From a bacterium BMS3Abin14 (GTDB lineage: Bacteria; BMS3Abin14): a stretch of DNA of 64,000 bases. The stretch is from NCBI GenBank assembly GCA_002897695.1, contig BDTG01000043.1:7934-71933 (forward strand). The letters are read 5' to 3'. A model generated the notes under the pieces. That model worked only from the letters and a program-made list of their open reading frames with translations, was not told the DNA's origin and did not search any database. Shown piece after piece: positions 7,353 to 17,106 of the stretch; the stretch's first letter is position 1, and each line of letters opens with the position of its first letter. The position numbers and the translations under genes are program-made.

Positions 7353-10016
7353 ATGCCTGGGTTGAAGATCCTTGTCATTGAGGATGACCAGTTTTTTCAG
7401 CAATATGTCAACGACCTCCTGCAGGATTTTAACGTTGACCTTATTAACGCCATGGATGGCGAGGAAGGGCTTCTCCTTGCCCAATCGGAGAAGCCTGACC
7501 TGATCCTTACCGACATTGAAATTCCTAAAATCCAGGGATTTGTCCTGTTGAACCAGTTAAAGGAGATGCCTCAGACAGCCGATATTCCCGTGGTCCTCAT
7601 GTCCGGGAAGGTGGAAAAGGACCTTCTTGACAAGCATTCACGGCTGAGCGTTCACGCCGAAGGGTACCTCCTGAAGCCTTTTTCCCGGGCTGAGCTCCAC
7701 GGAGAAATCACCAGAGTCATGGGGCCGGATGCCCTGACGGCGGACGGAGTTTCCGGTGATGCTTCCGCAGAAGAATCACTGCCCGTGGCGCCTGCCCCCG
7801 TCTTGCCCCCCACCGCTGAAGGGGCCGGGATTAAGAAACGATCCAGGCCGCTGGTCCTTGTGGTTGATGATTCCTCCTATGTTTTAATCCAGACAAGCGA
7901 TCTCTTAAAGGAAGCCGGGTTGGATGTCGATGTTGCCATGGATGGGGATGCAGGCCTTGCCAAATGCATGGAGATCAGGCCGGACATCGTTCTCCTGGAT
8001 GTGCAGATGCCTTCAAGCAACGGTTTCATCGTCTGTGAGACGCTTAAGAAAAACCCGGACACGAGAACAATTCCAGTAATTCTCATGTCGGCAGTGGTTG
8101 ATACTGATTCATTTGAACGGCATTCCAGGCTGAAATACCATGCCGACGCCTATCTGCAGAAGCCCTTTAAGAGGGCCGAACTGCTGGATCTGATTTTCGG
8201 GCACCTTGCGATGGATCCATCGTCGGACGGAGTGCAGAGCAGGACCGGTTTTCTTTTTCAGGATGAAAACAGATTGCCGGTGGAACAGTCGGAAAGGGAA
8301 ACCCGGTTGGCTGTCAGGCTCGCCGAAATTGAAGGCAAACTTAATGAGGCGGCTGAATTGCTGGAATCGCACCGATCCCGGGAGGAGGCTTTCCAAAAGG
8401 AGATCGATAATCTTCGGAAGGATAATGATCAGTTTGCCGAGGAACGGAAAGAAGAACTTCGCCAATGGGAGGATCGTAGAAGACGGCTTGTTGAAAAAGT
8501 CACAATTGCTTCCAGACGTGCAGAAGAGGCAGTCGGGGAAGCCGAGGAGATCAGGAACAATGGCCTGAAGCTGAAAATGGACATGGAAGCAGCCCTTATG
8601 GCCAAGGCCGAAATAGAGGAACAGGCCAAATCTGTAGTTGAGGGCATGAAGAATAGTCTGGGCGGCGCCGAATCGGATGATGGCCTTGCTCGTCTCGGCA
8701 AGGAGAATATTGAGCTGCGGAGCCGTCTGGCTGAGGCAGGGGCCGGAGCAGCAAGCCTGGTGCGGCTGCAGTCCGATCTGGACCGGGCCAGGGAGGAAAA
8801 CCGTGAGCTCAGGGAGTCCATGTCTTCCATGCCGGACCGCTCGGGCTTGAATGAGGAAATAAAAAACCTCCAGGAGCAACTGAAAGCTGCCAACGCCGGG
8901 ACCACCGCCGGCAACGAGGAGAAACTTGGACTTCAATCCACCATCGATTCACTGCATGCCGAGAAGGGGAAAGCTCGGGAAGAGGAAAAAAAGGCAGCTG
9001 AAAAAATGGCCGAGGCCCTCGATGATTTTAACCGGATCCGGGTGGAGGCTGAGAATTTAAGAGCACAACTGGCCGAGGCTCAGCAATTGGCCCTTCAGAC
9101 GGAGACACTGGAGAAAGAGCTGGATTCCCTGAGAACGACGGCAGGGGAAGCCAAGGGGTTGCGGGACCTCAATGGAAAATTGCGTGCTGAACTGGAAGGG
9201 CTAAAGCAATCCTGCGCGGCCCTTTCCGAAAGCCTGGAGCACGAACGCGAGAAAATGTCCATTGCTCAGAAAGAGGCCGAATTTGCCCGAAAGGAGTTGG
9301 AAGGTGCGCAGGAGGAAAGAAAACGTTCTGCCGGGCTGAAAAGGGATCTTGAGGAGAAGACGAACAGGTTGGAGACATTGCAGGCTCAAAGCCGGATACT
9401 GGAAAAGGAAAATCATCTTTTGCAGGAGCGCCTCCAGGCCGGAATTCAATCGGGCGGCGTTTCGCTTCAGGCGGGGCAGGCCAACCCTCAGGAGGAACTC
9501 CTTTCCAGCCGGTTAAGCCAGTTGGAGCAGGTCCTGAGGCGAACCGTAGGTGATGCCCAAGCTGTTCTCATGGATCAACAGGGTAAGGAGAAGGGGCTTG
9601 AGGAGAAGATAAACACCCTTGTGAATACCCTTGAGGCTGAACGGAAAGAGCATGGAAAAGAAAGGGAGGAATGGCGTTCCCGTGAAGTCGACCTCAAAAA
9701 TAGCATGGAGGAATTTTTTGATGAGCGCAGCAGACGGATGGGGGAGGAATTGTCACGGCTTTACCCCATTCCCGTCGCAAGGGCGCAGCGCCCCCTTGAG
9801 GTAGTTCGTCCGGGCCGCCGATTTGGATCTTTTGCCCTCATTGGCCTGCTTTTGCTGATAGCCATTCTCCTGGGCTACCTGGTGATCTCACGATTACCGG
9901 AGAAAAAACTCCCCGCCGGCCAGGGGAGGCTTCAGGGACAGACTATGATATTACCACATGGCCCAGGGCGGCCCGACCCCGGCCAGGGCATAATACAGCA
10001 ACCCGTCAATTGTTGA
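7353..10016 (+). CDS. Tandem response-regulator receiver (REC-REC) protein with ~550-aa coiled coil and C-terminal transmembrane anchor
   Basis: Two CheY-like domains each with a phospho-acceptor Asp (LILTDIEIP; IVLLDVQMP) and K (LLKPF / LQKPF). Residues ~295-830 are heptad-rich, E/K/R/L/A-rich. C-terminal hydrophobic FGSFALIGLLLLIAILLGYLVI. Confidence 0.85.
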   Translation: MPGLKILVIEDDQFFQQYVNDLLQDFNVDLINAMDGEEGLLLAQSEKPDLILTDIEIPKIQGFVLLNQLKEMPQTADIPVVLMSGKVEKDLLDKHSRLSVHAEGYLLKPFSRAELHGEITRVMGPDALTADGVSGDASAEESLPVAPAPVLPPTAEGAGIKKRSRPLVLVVDDSSYVLIQTSDLLKEAGLDVDVAMDGDAGLAKCMEIRPDIVLLDVQMPSSNGFIVCETLKKNPDTRTIPVILMSAVVDTDSFERHSRLKYHADAYLQKPFKRAELLDLIFGHLAMDPSSDGVQSRTGFLFQDENRLPVEQSERETRLAVRLAEIEGKLNEAAELLESHRSREEAFQKEIDNLRKDNDQFAEERKEELRQWEDRRRRLVEKVTIASRRAEEAVGEAEEIRNNGLKLKMDMEAALMAKAEIEEQAKSVVEGMKNSLGGAESDDGLARLGKENIELRSRLAEAGAGAASLVRLQSDLDRAREENRELRESMSSMPDRSGLNEEIKNLQEQLKAANAGTTAGNEEKLGLQSTIDSLHAEKGKAREEEKKAAEKMAEALDDFNRIRVEAENLRAQLAEAQQLALQTETLEKELDSLRTTAGEAKGLRDLNGKLRAELEGLKQSCAALSESLEHEREKMSIAQKEAEFARKELEGAQEERKRSAGLKRDLEEKTNRLETLQAQSRILEKENHLLQERLQAGIQSGGVSLQAGQANPQEELLSSRLSQLEQVLRRTVGDAQAVLMDQQGKEKGLEEKINTLVNTLEAERKEHGKEREEWRSREVDLKNSMEEFFDERSRRMGEELSRLYPIPVARAQRPLEVVRPGRRFGSFALIGLLLLIAILLGYLVISRLPEKKLPAGQGRLQGQTMILPHGPGRPDPGQGIIQQPVNC

Positions 10017-10143
10017 TGATTTTGCAAAAAGTCATCGATAATCTCCCTCTCGCTCTCTATGGGAGAGGGTCAGGGTGAGGGCTTGGAACCGGGTGGATTT
10101 ACCAGGGACTTTTAACGAGTCCATCAACACGTCGAGGTTATCG

Positions 10144-11955
10144 ATGGACAGGATTCAGGACCTGCTCAGTCAGGTAAGGAAAAATCCTAATCGCCCCGAC
10201 CTTCACAGCAGCCTTGGGAGGCTGTATCTTCAGAGGGGCGACAGGGTTGCTGCATCGAAACACTTTCTTTCCTCTGCAAGGCTCTTCGCCGACAGGAGAA
10301 GTCCATCCCGAAACATCAACAAGGCTGTGGCATCCCTGAGAAAATTGATCCGCGATTTTCCCGAAAATCATGACTCGTATTATCTGCTGGCTGATCTTCA
10401 TCTGGAAATGGAAGATACGGAATCGGCCATCGTTATTTATCGTTCCCTCGCCGATATATACCAGAGGGACGGAAAGCTCCTCATGGCTGTTTCGGTATAC
10501 GACAAGATAACCAACTCCGATCCTGAAAATATGGATGGGTGGATAAAGTTTGCGGACCTGAATAAAGAGGCGGGTATGCCCTTCCACTCATCACATTCCT
10601 ATATGCGGGCTGCGTTCCTGAGCTCCGGCATGGGCAGATCGTCCGAGGAGTACGATCTTGCCCTGAGAGCGCTTAAGGTGGACCCGGAAAACAAGCCCGC
10701 GCTTGAGTTGATAGGCCGCCTCATAAAAGAGGGCAATGGGGCAAAACATGATATGGAAGAATTGGTTTCCCTGTCAAGGGAACTGGACAGAGATGGCCAT
10801 TCGGAGCAGGCTCTGACCCTCATTTCTATGCTGGAAAGCGCTTCCGGGGAGCAACGATTTGCCGTCATGGCCGCACAGATGCGTGAGAGGTTGGGCAAGG
10901 ATGGAACACCGGAGACGGAAATTGCCCATCGTAATAAATCATTTTCAGGCAAGTACTCCGGCATGAAGGTTCTCATTGTCGATGATGAGAGGGAAATCAT
11001 TCTTCTGCTTGAACAGATACTCAAGGAGGAGGGATTTCAGGTTCTGATGGCCAGGGATGGTCAACAGGGATACGACATTTTCATGCGTGAAAGGCCTCGT
11101 CTGGTGGTCTCGGATGCGATGTTGCCCAAACTGCACGGCTTTGAACTGTGCAAGAGAATAAAGGAGGAAGCCGGCGAGTCCACAAGGGTGATGATCCTGA
11201 CTGCGGTGTACAAGAAGTACAAATACAAGGGCAAGGTAGAGAAAGAATATGGCGTTGATGAGTATCTGGACAAACCTTTCCAGATCACGGAGTTTATTGA
11301 CACCCTGTATCGAATGGCCAAGGCGGTATCCGGCAAGCCGGACATGAAAAATGCTGCCCTCGATAATGGGAAAAATTCGGCCGAAGGTCTTTTTTTCCTG
11401 ATTGCAGGGGATAATGAGGAGCTTCTTTCCGAGGTCTCGTCCTTTTGCGACCGGAAAGGCTGTGCGTTCAAGGCTGTTCGGGATGCAAAGTCCATGATCT
11501 CTTTCCTCGAGGGAGTAGTGCCGGACATCCTGCTGGTGACCGATCAGCTGCGTGATCTGGCGCCCCCCGCAGCTGCCTGGCTGGTTGAAAGGGTGTTGGG
11601 TATTCGATCTGCCACGAGGGTGTTCATCACAGGAAGCGCCATTCCCGGGGAACGGGACTCCTCCGACTTTCATCACACTGTTTCGGCGCCCGTTAATTTT
11701 GAAACTCTCAATGCAATCGTCCGGTTGCACAGAGGTGCCGATGCCCGTACCGGCCTGAGGGGAAAAGAGAAAAAAATCGGGGTAGACGGAAGACGGATGG
11801 AGGCATTGATCAGGAGCAAGGTCGAGAGGGTATTGAAGAGCCAATATCAGCTGGAACACTACTACACCGGAAAGATCCAGAAGCTGGAGGATGAACTCGG
11901 GGCTATCAAGGCCAGGGGCAAAGGGAAAGACACGGCCAGGGGAAACGGCCAATGA
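10144..11955 (+). CDS. TPR-repeat protein with central receiver (REC) domain and C-terminal degenerate receiver-like domain
   Basis: TPR-like N-terminal half. REC block KVLIVDDEREII…VVSDAMLPKLHGFELC…YLDKPF. Alternative GTG start at 10075 directly after the upstream terminator hairpin; ATG at 10144 preferred. Confidence 0.75.
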   Translation: MDRIQDLLSQVRKNPNRPDLHSSLGRLYLQRGDRVAASKHFLSSARLFADRRSPSRNINKAVASLRKLIRDFPENHDSYYLLADLHLEMEDTESAIVIYRSLADIYQRDGKLLMAVSVYDKITNSDPENMDGWIKFADLNKEAGMPFHSSHSYMRAAFLSSGMGRSSEEYDLALRALKVDPENKPALELIGRLIKEGNGAKHDMEELVSLSRELDRDGHSEQALTLISMLESASGEQRFAVMAAQMRERLGKDGTPETEIAHRNKSFSGKYSGMKVLIVDDEREIILLLEQILKEEGFQVLMARDGQQGYDIFMRERPRLVVSDAMLPKLHGFELCKRIKEEAGESTRVMILTAVYKKYKYKGKVEKEYGVDEYLDKPFQITEFIDTLYRMAKAVSGKPDMKNAALDNGKNSAEGLFFLIAGDNEELLSEVSSFCDRKGCAFKAVRDAKSMISFLEGVVPDILLVTDQLRDLAPPAAAWLVERVLGIRSATRVFITGSAIPGERDSSDFHHTVSAPVNFETLNAIVRLHRGADARTGLRGKEKKIGVDGRRMEALIRSKVERVLKSQYQLEHYYTGKIQKLEDELGAIKARGKGKDTARGNGQ

Positions 11956-12830
11956 CAGCCAAACTCAACAGCATTCAGAGCATGACCGGCTACGGCAGGG
12001 ATGTGTACGATACATCCAATGGCACCATAACGGTGGAAATTCGTTCCCTTAATCACCGATTTCTCGACCTTTCATTGAAAGTCCCCAGGGAATACCTTTA
12101 CCTGGATCCCGGCATCAGGCAGATGATGCGAAAAAGACTTTCACGCGGAAAGGTGGAAATTTTTGTCTCCATCAAGGGCGGTTCAATCGGTCTTTCCGTG
12201 GATGTTGAGCGTGCGAAGGAAGTCGCAAGACTCCTGGCAGACATCGCGAATATAGTAGACGACAGGGTTGGTCTGGAACACCTGCTTGCTTTTGGCGACA
12301 TTATCAGGCCAGGTGATGATGAGGACCGGGAGAATACCGCAGATGCCATTAAAAGCGCCGCAATGGGCGCTCTCGCCAGGCTTCTCTCCCACAGGGAAGA
12401 GGAGGGGACGGCGCTTGTTGAGGAGCTTGAGCCGAGAATATCCCTCCTGCGTGAGATAATGGCCCGGATAGAACCGCTCGCCCGTTCGGTTCCTGAGAGA
12501 TCAAGGCGCCAGGTAATGGATTTCATTGAGGGCATCGAGTTCCACGGCAAGGTTGACCCCCAGCGGGTCGAAGCCGAGGTGGCTATCCTGTCCCAAAAAG
12601 TTGACGTTTCGGAGGAGGTGACCCGCCTTTTTACCCATCTGGATGCCATGACGGAGACCCTTCGTGTCGGAGGGGCCGTGGGAAGACGGCTGGATTTTAT
12701 CATTCAGGAGATGCAGCGGGAGATGAACACCCTCGGTTCCAAGGCAGGGATAATGGGTGTCTCCCCCCTCGTGGTTGATTTCAAATCGGAGTTGGAAAAA
12801 ATCCGCGAGCAGGTCCAGAACATTGAGTAA
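11952..12830 (+). CDS. yicC: YicC family stress-induced protein (YicC endoribonuclease family)
   Basis: 292 aa; N-terminal TGYGR motif; conserved yicC-gmk-rpoZ gene order. Confidence 0.85.
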   Translation: MTAKLNSIQSMTGYGRDVYDTSNGTITVEIRSLNHRFLDLSLKVPREYLYLDPGIRQMMRKRLSRGKVEIFVSIKGGSIGLSVDVERAKEVARLLADIANIVDDRVGLEHLLAFGDIIRPGDDEDRENTADAIKSAAMGALARLLSHREEEGTALVEELEPRISLLREIMARIEPLARSVPERSRRQVMDFIEGIEFHGKVDPQRVEAEVAILSQKVDVSEEVTRLFTHLDAMTETLRVGGAVGRRLDFIIQEMQREMNTLGSKAGIMGVSPLVVDFKSELEKIREQVQNIE

Positions 12831-12842
12831 CGCGAGGAATCC

Positions 12843-13478
12843 ATGAAGATTTACCCGGACGAAAACGGCCGGGAAGGGAAGGGGATCCTGTTCGTTATCT
12901 CCTCTCCGTCCGGTGGAGGTAAATCTACCATAGCCAGACGGTTGATCGCCGCCTTGTCCGGGATCGTCATCTCCGTATCGCACACCACCAGGGAACCCAG
13001 ACAGGGGGAGGTTGACGGTTCCGAGTATCACTTCGTTTCGCCCGAGGAGTTCGAACGAATCAGGGCCGGGGGAGGTTTTGTCGAATGGGCTGAGGTCTAT
13101 GGAGAATTTTACGGCACCTCCAGGAAGGAGATCGACCGGATAACCGGAACGGGGAAGGATGTGCTTCTGGACATTGATGTGCAGGGAGGGCAGCAGATCC
13201 GGGAACGTTTTTCGGGAGCTGTACTGATTTTTGTCGTGCCTCCGGAAAGGGCCGAGCTCGAAAAGAGGCTCCAGAAAAGAGGGACCGAATCACCTGATCA
13301 GATAAATCGGCGTCTTGCTGCTGAGGCCGGTGAGCTTGCCTTGATACCGTATTATGATTATGCTATTCGAAACGATGACCTGGAGGAGGCGTTTTGTGCT
13401 GTCCGTTCCATTATAACGGCCGAACGCTGCCGGGTGTCCAGGCGTGCCAATAATGAAGTTTCAGCGAGGAGGTATTAA
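12843..13478 (+). CDS. gmk: Guanylate kinase
   Basis: P-loop SPSGGGKST and HTTREPRQGEVDG motifs. Confidence 0.9.
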   Translation: MKIYPDENGREGKGILFVISSPSGGGKSTIARRLIAALSGIVISVSHTTREPRQGEVDGSEYHFVSPEEFERIRAGGGFVEWAEVYGEFYGTSRKEIDRITGTGKDVLLDIDVQGGQQIRERFSGAVLIFVVPPERAELEKRLQKRGTESPDQINRRLAAEAGELALIPYYDYAIRNDDLEEAFCAVRSIITAERCRVSRRANNEVSARRY

Positions 13479-13482
13479 CAGT

Positions 13483-13818
13483 ATGGATTTGAGAGTCCTT
13501 GAAAAATCTCTTGAAAATCAACCCAACCGATTCGAATTGACGATGATGGCTGTCGCCAGGGCGAGGGAACTCAGCGCCGGGGAGAAACCGTTGATTGAGG
13601 TCAGCAAAGACGAGAAGGTGGCAATCGTGGCCTTAAAAGAGCTTGCCGCCGGCCTTCTTGTCCCGGCTACCCTTGAGGAGATGGAGAGCATCCGGGAGGA
13701 GACAAGACTCGAGAGAGAGAAAGCACGGAGGAAGGCCATGGAGGCCGTCGAAGCCGAGGCGGAAAGCGAAATGAACAGCCAGAGCGCTTCGTCCGCCGAC
13801 GGGTCGACTTCTCCCTGA
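13483..13818 (+). CDS. rpoZ: DNA-directed RNA polymerase subunit omega
   Basis: Conserved N-terminal region (…NRFELTMMAVARAREL…) with acidic tail. ATG at 13483 with RBS gaggagg preferred over the overlapping 13444 start. Confidence 0.8.
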   Translation: MDLRVLEKSLENQPNRFELTMMAVARARELSAGEKPLIEVSKDEKVAIVALKELAAGLLVPATLEEMESIREETRLEREKARRKAMEAVEAEAESEMNSQSASSADGSTSP

Positions 13819-13863
13819 CGCAGCAGCTTTCAATACACGCCCAGATTGCATCCCCGCCCGTAT

Positions 13864-13904
13864 TGACAGGGTTGTGAAAAGTCCGTCAGCGACTTTTTCT
13901 ACCT
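13864..13904 (+). repeat. Family-2 motif copy (TTGACAGGGTTGTGAAAAGTC) with hairpin GAAAAGTC…GACTTTTC
   Basis: Seen directly, in the rpoZ-spoT intergenic region. Confidence 0.7.
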
Positions 13905-13990
13905 TGCCGTACTTGATGACTCCCTGAAAAGCCATCACAATAACGGACGGGGGTTTTTTCTCGCGTGGGGAGATCACTGAGGCCAATCAG

Positions 13991-16153
13991 ATGATAAGGC
14001 TGGGTGACATACTTGATCGGGTCCAGAGCTACAATTCGAAAGCTGACCTGGAACTCATCAACAGGGCATATGTTTTTTCGGCCAAGGCCCATGCCGGGCA
14101 TGTCCGCCAATCCGGGGAGCCGTATCTCATTCATCCCATCGAGGTTGCGTCTATCCTGACCGAGATGAAGATGGATGTGACTACCATCGTGGTGGGGCTG
14201 CTCCACGACACAGTCGAGGACACGGAGATTACCCGTGAGGACCTCCAGCGTCATTTTGGCGAGGAGACTGCCTTTCTGGTCGATGGATTGACAAAGATCA
14301 GCCGTCTGGAGTTCGCGACTTCGCAGCATGCACAGGCTGAAAACCTTCGACGGATGATCATCTCAATGGCCAAGGACATTCGGGTCATTATGGTGAAGCT
14401 CGCGGATCGGCTCCACAACATGCGCACCCTGGAACACCTCAACCCGGAAAAGCAGGTGAAGATTGCCGGGGAGACCATGGATATCTACGCCCCCCTGGCG
14501 AACCGGCTCGGGATTTCCTGGATCCAGGGAGAGCTGGAGGACATATCATTCCGGTATCTTCACCCCGAGGCATACAGGGCGCTGAATGCCAAGGTCCAGG
14601 CCAGGCGCAAGGAGTATGAGACTTACATCAAGAAAGCCATCAAGATCCTGAACAAGGCCATTGCAGACCATAACATTGATGGTGAAGTGACGGGACGGAT
14701 CAAACATCTGTACAGCGTCTATAGCAAGATGAAAGCCCAGAGCCTGACCTTTGAACAGATATACGATCTCATCGCTTTCAGAATACTCGTGAATTCGGTC
14801 AAGGACTGCTACGGTGTTCTGGGGATTATCCATTCAATGTTCAAACCGATCCCCGGCAGATTCAAGGACTATATAGGTGTTCCCAAGTCGAATCACTATC
14901 AATCCCTTCATACCACGGTCATCGGCCCCTTCCGTGAGCAGATGGAGGTCCAGATCCGTACATGGGAAATGCATCAGACAGCCGAAGACGGGATTGCCGC
15001 CCACTGGCGTTACAAGGCCGGCGAACAGCCCGTTCCGGACAAGGATATCAAACGATTTACCTGGTTTAAGCATATTCTGGAAGAGCTGAGTGATCTGGAA
15101 GATCCAAGGGAACTGATGGAAACGGTGCGCACTGATCTGTTCCCTGACGAGGTGTATGTTTTTACCCCCAAGGGACAGGTCAAGGAATTCCCCCATGGCG
15201 CTACCCCTATTGATTTTGCCTACAGCATACATACCGATGTCGGCAACTGGTGTGTCGGCGCCAAGGTCAACGGTCGAATTGTTCCCCTGAAGTACAAATT
15301 GAAGAATGGGGACATGGTCGAGATTACAACTTCGAAAAACCATAAACCAAGCAAGGACTGGCTGAAGCTGGCCGCGACAAACAGCGCCAGATCAAAGATC
15401 CGCAACTTCATTAAAAGGGAAGAAAGAGAAAAGAGCCTGGGGATAGGGGAGGAACTGCTGGACCGTGAACTCAAGAAGATGGGCACAAGCCTCAAGAAGG
15501 TGCTCAAGACCGATGCGCTTGAAAAGGTCGCTTCAACGTTCGGGTTCCATAAAGCGCAGGACCTGATCGCCACGGTGGGATTTGGAAAATATTCCTCCAG
15601 GCAGATCCTCGGCAGATTGTTCCCTGCGGAACAGATTGACGACATGCTCGGTCATGAAGAAGAGGTAAAGGCCAGGACCAAACAGGCCCGGGTCCGGGCG
15701 CAAAAGGACGGGATCGTGGTGGATGGAGTCGATGATCTCATGGTCCGATTCGCCCATTGCTGCAATCCGCTTCCGGGAGATGAGGTCGTGGGGATAATCA
15801 CACGCGGCAGAGGTATCTCCGTGCACACTGTGGATTGTCCTAACGTACTTGCCGAAGGGTACGATCACGACCGGATGGTGAAGATCAATTGGGATACCAG
15901 GGCAAAGGTCCCGAGGCTTGTCAGGATAAGGGTGATCTCGGAGGATAAAAAAGGAATTCTGGCCGAGATGACAGCAGTAATTTCATCCCGGAATATCAAT
16001 ATTTCCCATGCCGATATCAGTACGACGGCCGATTTAAGGGCCGAGAACATCTTTGAGGTCCAGGTGGAAGATCTTGGGCAGCTTCAGAGCCTCCTGAAAA
16101 ACCTGGAGGCTGTTAAAGGAGTGATGTCGGTGCAGAGGATCAAGGCAAAGTGA
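13991..16153 (+). CDS. spoT: Bifunctional (p)ppGpp synthetase/hydrolase (RelA/SpoT homolog)
   Basis: 720 aa; HD hydrolase domain (HD…TVEDT), synthetase domain, TGS and ACT regions; gmk-rpoZ-spoT synteny. Confidence 0.95.
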   Translation: MIRLGDILDRVQSYNSKADLELINRAYVFSAKAHAGHVRQSGEPYLIHPIEVASILTEMKMDVTTIVVGLLHDTVEDTEITREDLQRHFGEETAFLVDGLTKISRLEFATSQHAQAENLRRMIISMAKDIRVIMVKLADRLHNMRTLEHLNPEKQVKIAGETMDIYAPLANRLGISWIQGELEDISFRYLHPEAYRALNAKVQARRKEYETYIKKAIKILNKAIADHNIDGEVTGRIKHLYSVYSKMKAQSLTFEQIYDLIAFRILVNSVKDCYGVLGIIHSMFKPIPGRFKDYIGVPKSNHYQSLHTTVIGPFREQMEVQIRTWEMHQTAEDGIAAHWRYKAGEQPVPDKDIKRFTWFKHILEELSDLEDPRELMETVRTDLFPDEVYVFTPKGQVKEFPHGATPIDFAYSIHTDVGNWCVGAKVNGRIVPLKYKLKNGDMVEITTSKNHKPSKDWLKLAATNSARSKIRNFIKREEREKSLGIGEELLDRELKKMGTSLKKVLKTDALEKVASTFGFHKAQDLIATVGFGKYSSRQILGRLFPAEQIDDMLGHEEEVKARTKQARVRAQKDGIVVDGVDDLMVRFAHCCNPLPGDEVVGIITRGRGISVHTVDCPNVLAEGYDHDRMVKINWDTRAKVPRLVRIRVISEDKKGILAEMTAVISSRNINISHADISTTADLRAENIFEVQVEDLGQLQSLLKNLEAVKGVMSVQRIKAK

Positions 16154-16161
16154 GGTATTGA

Positions 16162-16194
16162 AGTCCAGAGTCCAGAGTCCAGAGGGAGAAAGAG
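16162..16194 (+). repeat. (GTCCAGA)3 tandem heptamer repeat immediately downstream of the spoT stop
   Basis: agtccagagtccagagtccagagggagaaagag, 8 nt after the stop codon. Confidence 0.75.
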
Positions 16195-16224
16195 CGCTCT
16201 CTAGACTTTCACGGGAGGAGTGTT

Positions 16225-16611
16225 ATGCAAAGGAAGATAATCCAGACAGATAAGGCCCCGGCGGCAATCGGGCCCTACAGCCAGGGAACCGTGCTGGGAG
16301 ACCTGGTTTTTACCGCGGGCCAGATTCCACTGGATCCGGAAAGCGGAAAGCTCCTGAAAGGGGGCATTACCGAGCAGGCCCGGCGGGCGATCGAGAATCT
16401 TGGGGCGGTTCTCAATGAGGCCGGCAGCGGTCTCGACGGGGTTTTGAGGCTGGACGTTTATATGGCCGACCTGAGTCAGTTCTCAGCCGTCAACGAATTT
16501 CTCGGGGGTGTTTTTCCGGAAAACCCTCCGTCGAGGGTGACCGTGGAGGTGGCCGGGCTCCCCATGGGGGCGCAGATTGAGATCGCGGCAATCGCCGCAA
16601 TCAAAAAATAA
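16225..16611 (+). CDS. ridA: RidA family protein (YjgF/L-PSP reactive-intermediate deaminase)
   Basis: 128 aa, typical RidA sequence (…APAAIGPYSQG…VTVEVAGLPMGAQIEIAAIA…). Confidence 0.9.
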   Translation: MQRKIIQTDKAPAAIGPYSQGTVLGDLVFTAGQIPLDPESGKLLKGGITEQARRAIENLGAVLNEAGSGLDGVLRLDVYMADLSQFSAVNEFLGGVFPENPPSRVTVEVAGLPMGAQIEIAAIAAIKK

Positions 16612-16802
16612 AATTAAGGTTCATCCGGGAAATGATTACCTGCATGATGACCGGAGCCACCATACAGGCCGCATGAGATTGCCGCGCCTACAGTTTCACT
16701 CCGGCTCGGAATGACAGCAAATTTATCCAGGCACTTGTTTCCAAGATGATCCAATAATGGAAATAATGGAGACAGTTTGGGTCGAGACCGGGCGAGAATC
16801 TT

Positions 16803-16994
16803 CTAAACGGCTTTCTCGAAATTGCCGGTGCGTATGCAGCGGGTACAGACCATGGCCTTCCTGACCTCGCCGTTTTCCCTGATCCTGACCGGCTGGAGGT
16901 TTGGAAGGTATCGTCTCTTTGTCTTGTTGTGAGCGTGGCTTACATTGTTGCCGACCATGGGCCCCTTGCCGCAGATGTCGCATGTTCGTGCCAT
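16803..16994 (-). CDS. rpmB: 50S ribosomal protein L28
   Basis: 63 aa; [12 protein letters not shown]…[19 protein letters not shown] matches the L28 family. Confidence 0.9.
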   Translation of the reverse strand: MARTCDICGKGPMVGNNVSHAHNKTKRRYLPNLQPVRIRENGEVRKAMVCTRCIRTGNFEKAV

Positions 16995-17106
16995 GATGCC
17001 CTCCGGGGTAAATTATTTAAACGAATAAACTTGCGGTAAAAGCTCTGGATTGCTAACATAATCCCCAGCAAAATGCAAGATGCCTATTTGACGAAAGGGT
17101 GGGAAA

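Noticed and set aside
8109-8936. Long antisense ORFs, for example 8109-8936(-), 10945-11952(-), 23753-24838(+), 27690-28835(-), 36086-37033(-), 47862-48752(-), 48569-49702(-) and 55864-56664(-)
   Set aside because: Each lies entirely inside, and opposite to, a well-supported conserved gene (REC-coiled coil, TPR-REC, nadB, EF-G, glyS, ugd, epimerase, livK). The translations are low-complexity and Arg/Pro/Gly-rich, typical of high-GC antisense frames. None has independent RBS or domain support.
16612-16802. Possible rpmG (L33) gene downstream of rpmB on the minus strand
   Set aside because: Translation of the minus strand in all frames gives only ≤20-aa ORFs with no L33-like CxxC motifs.
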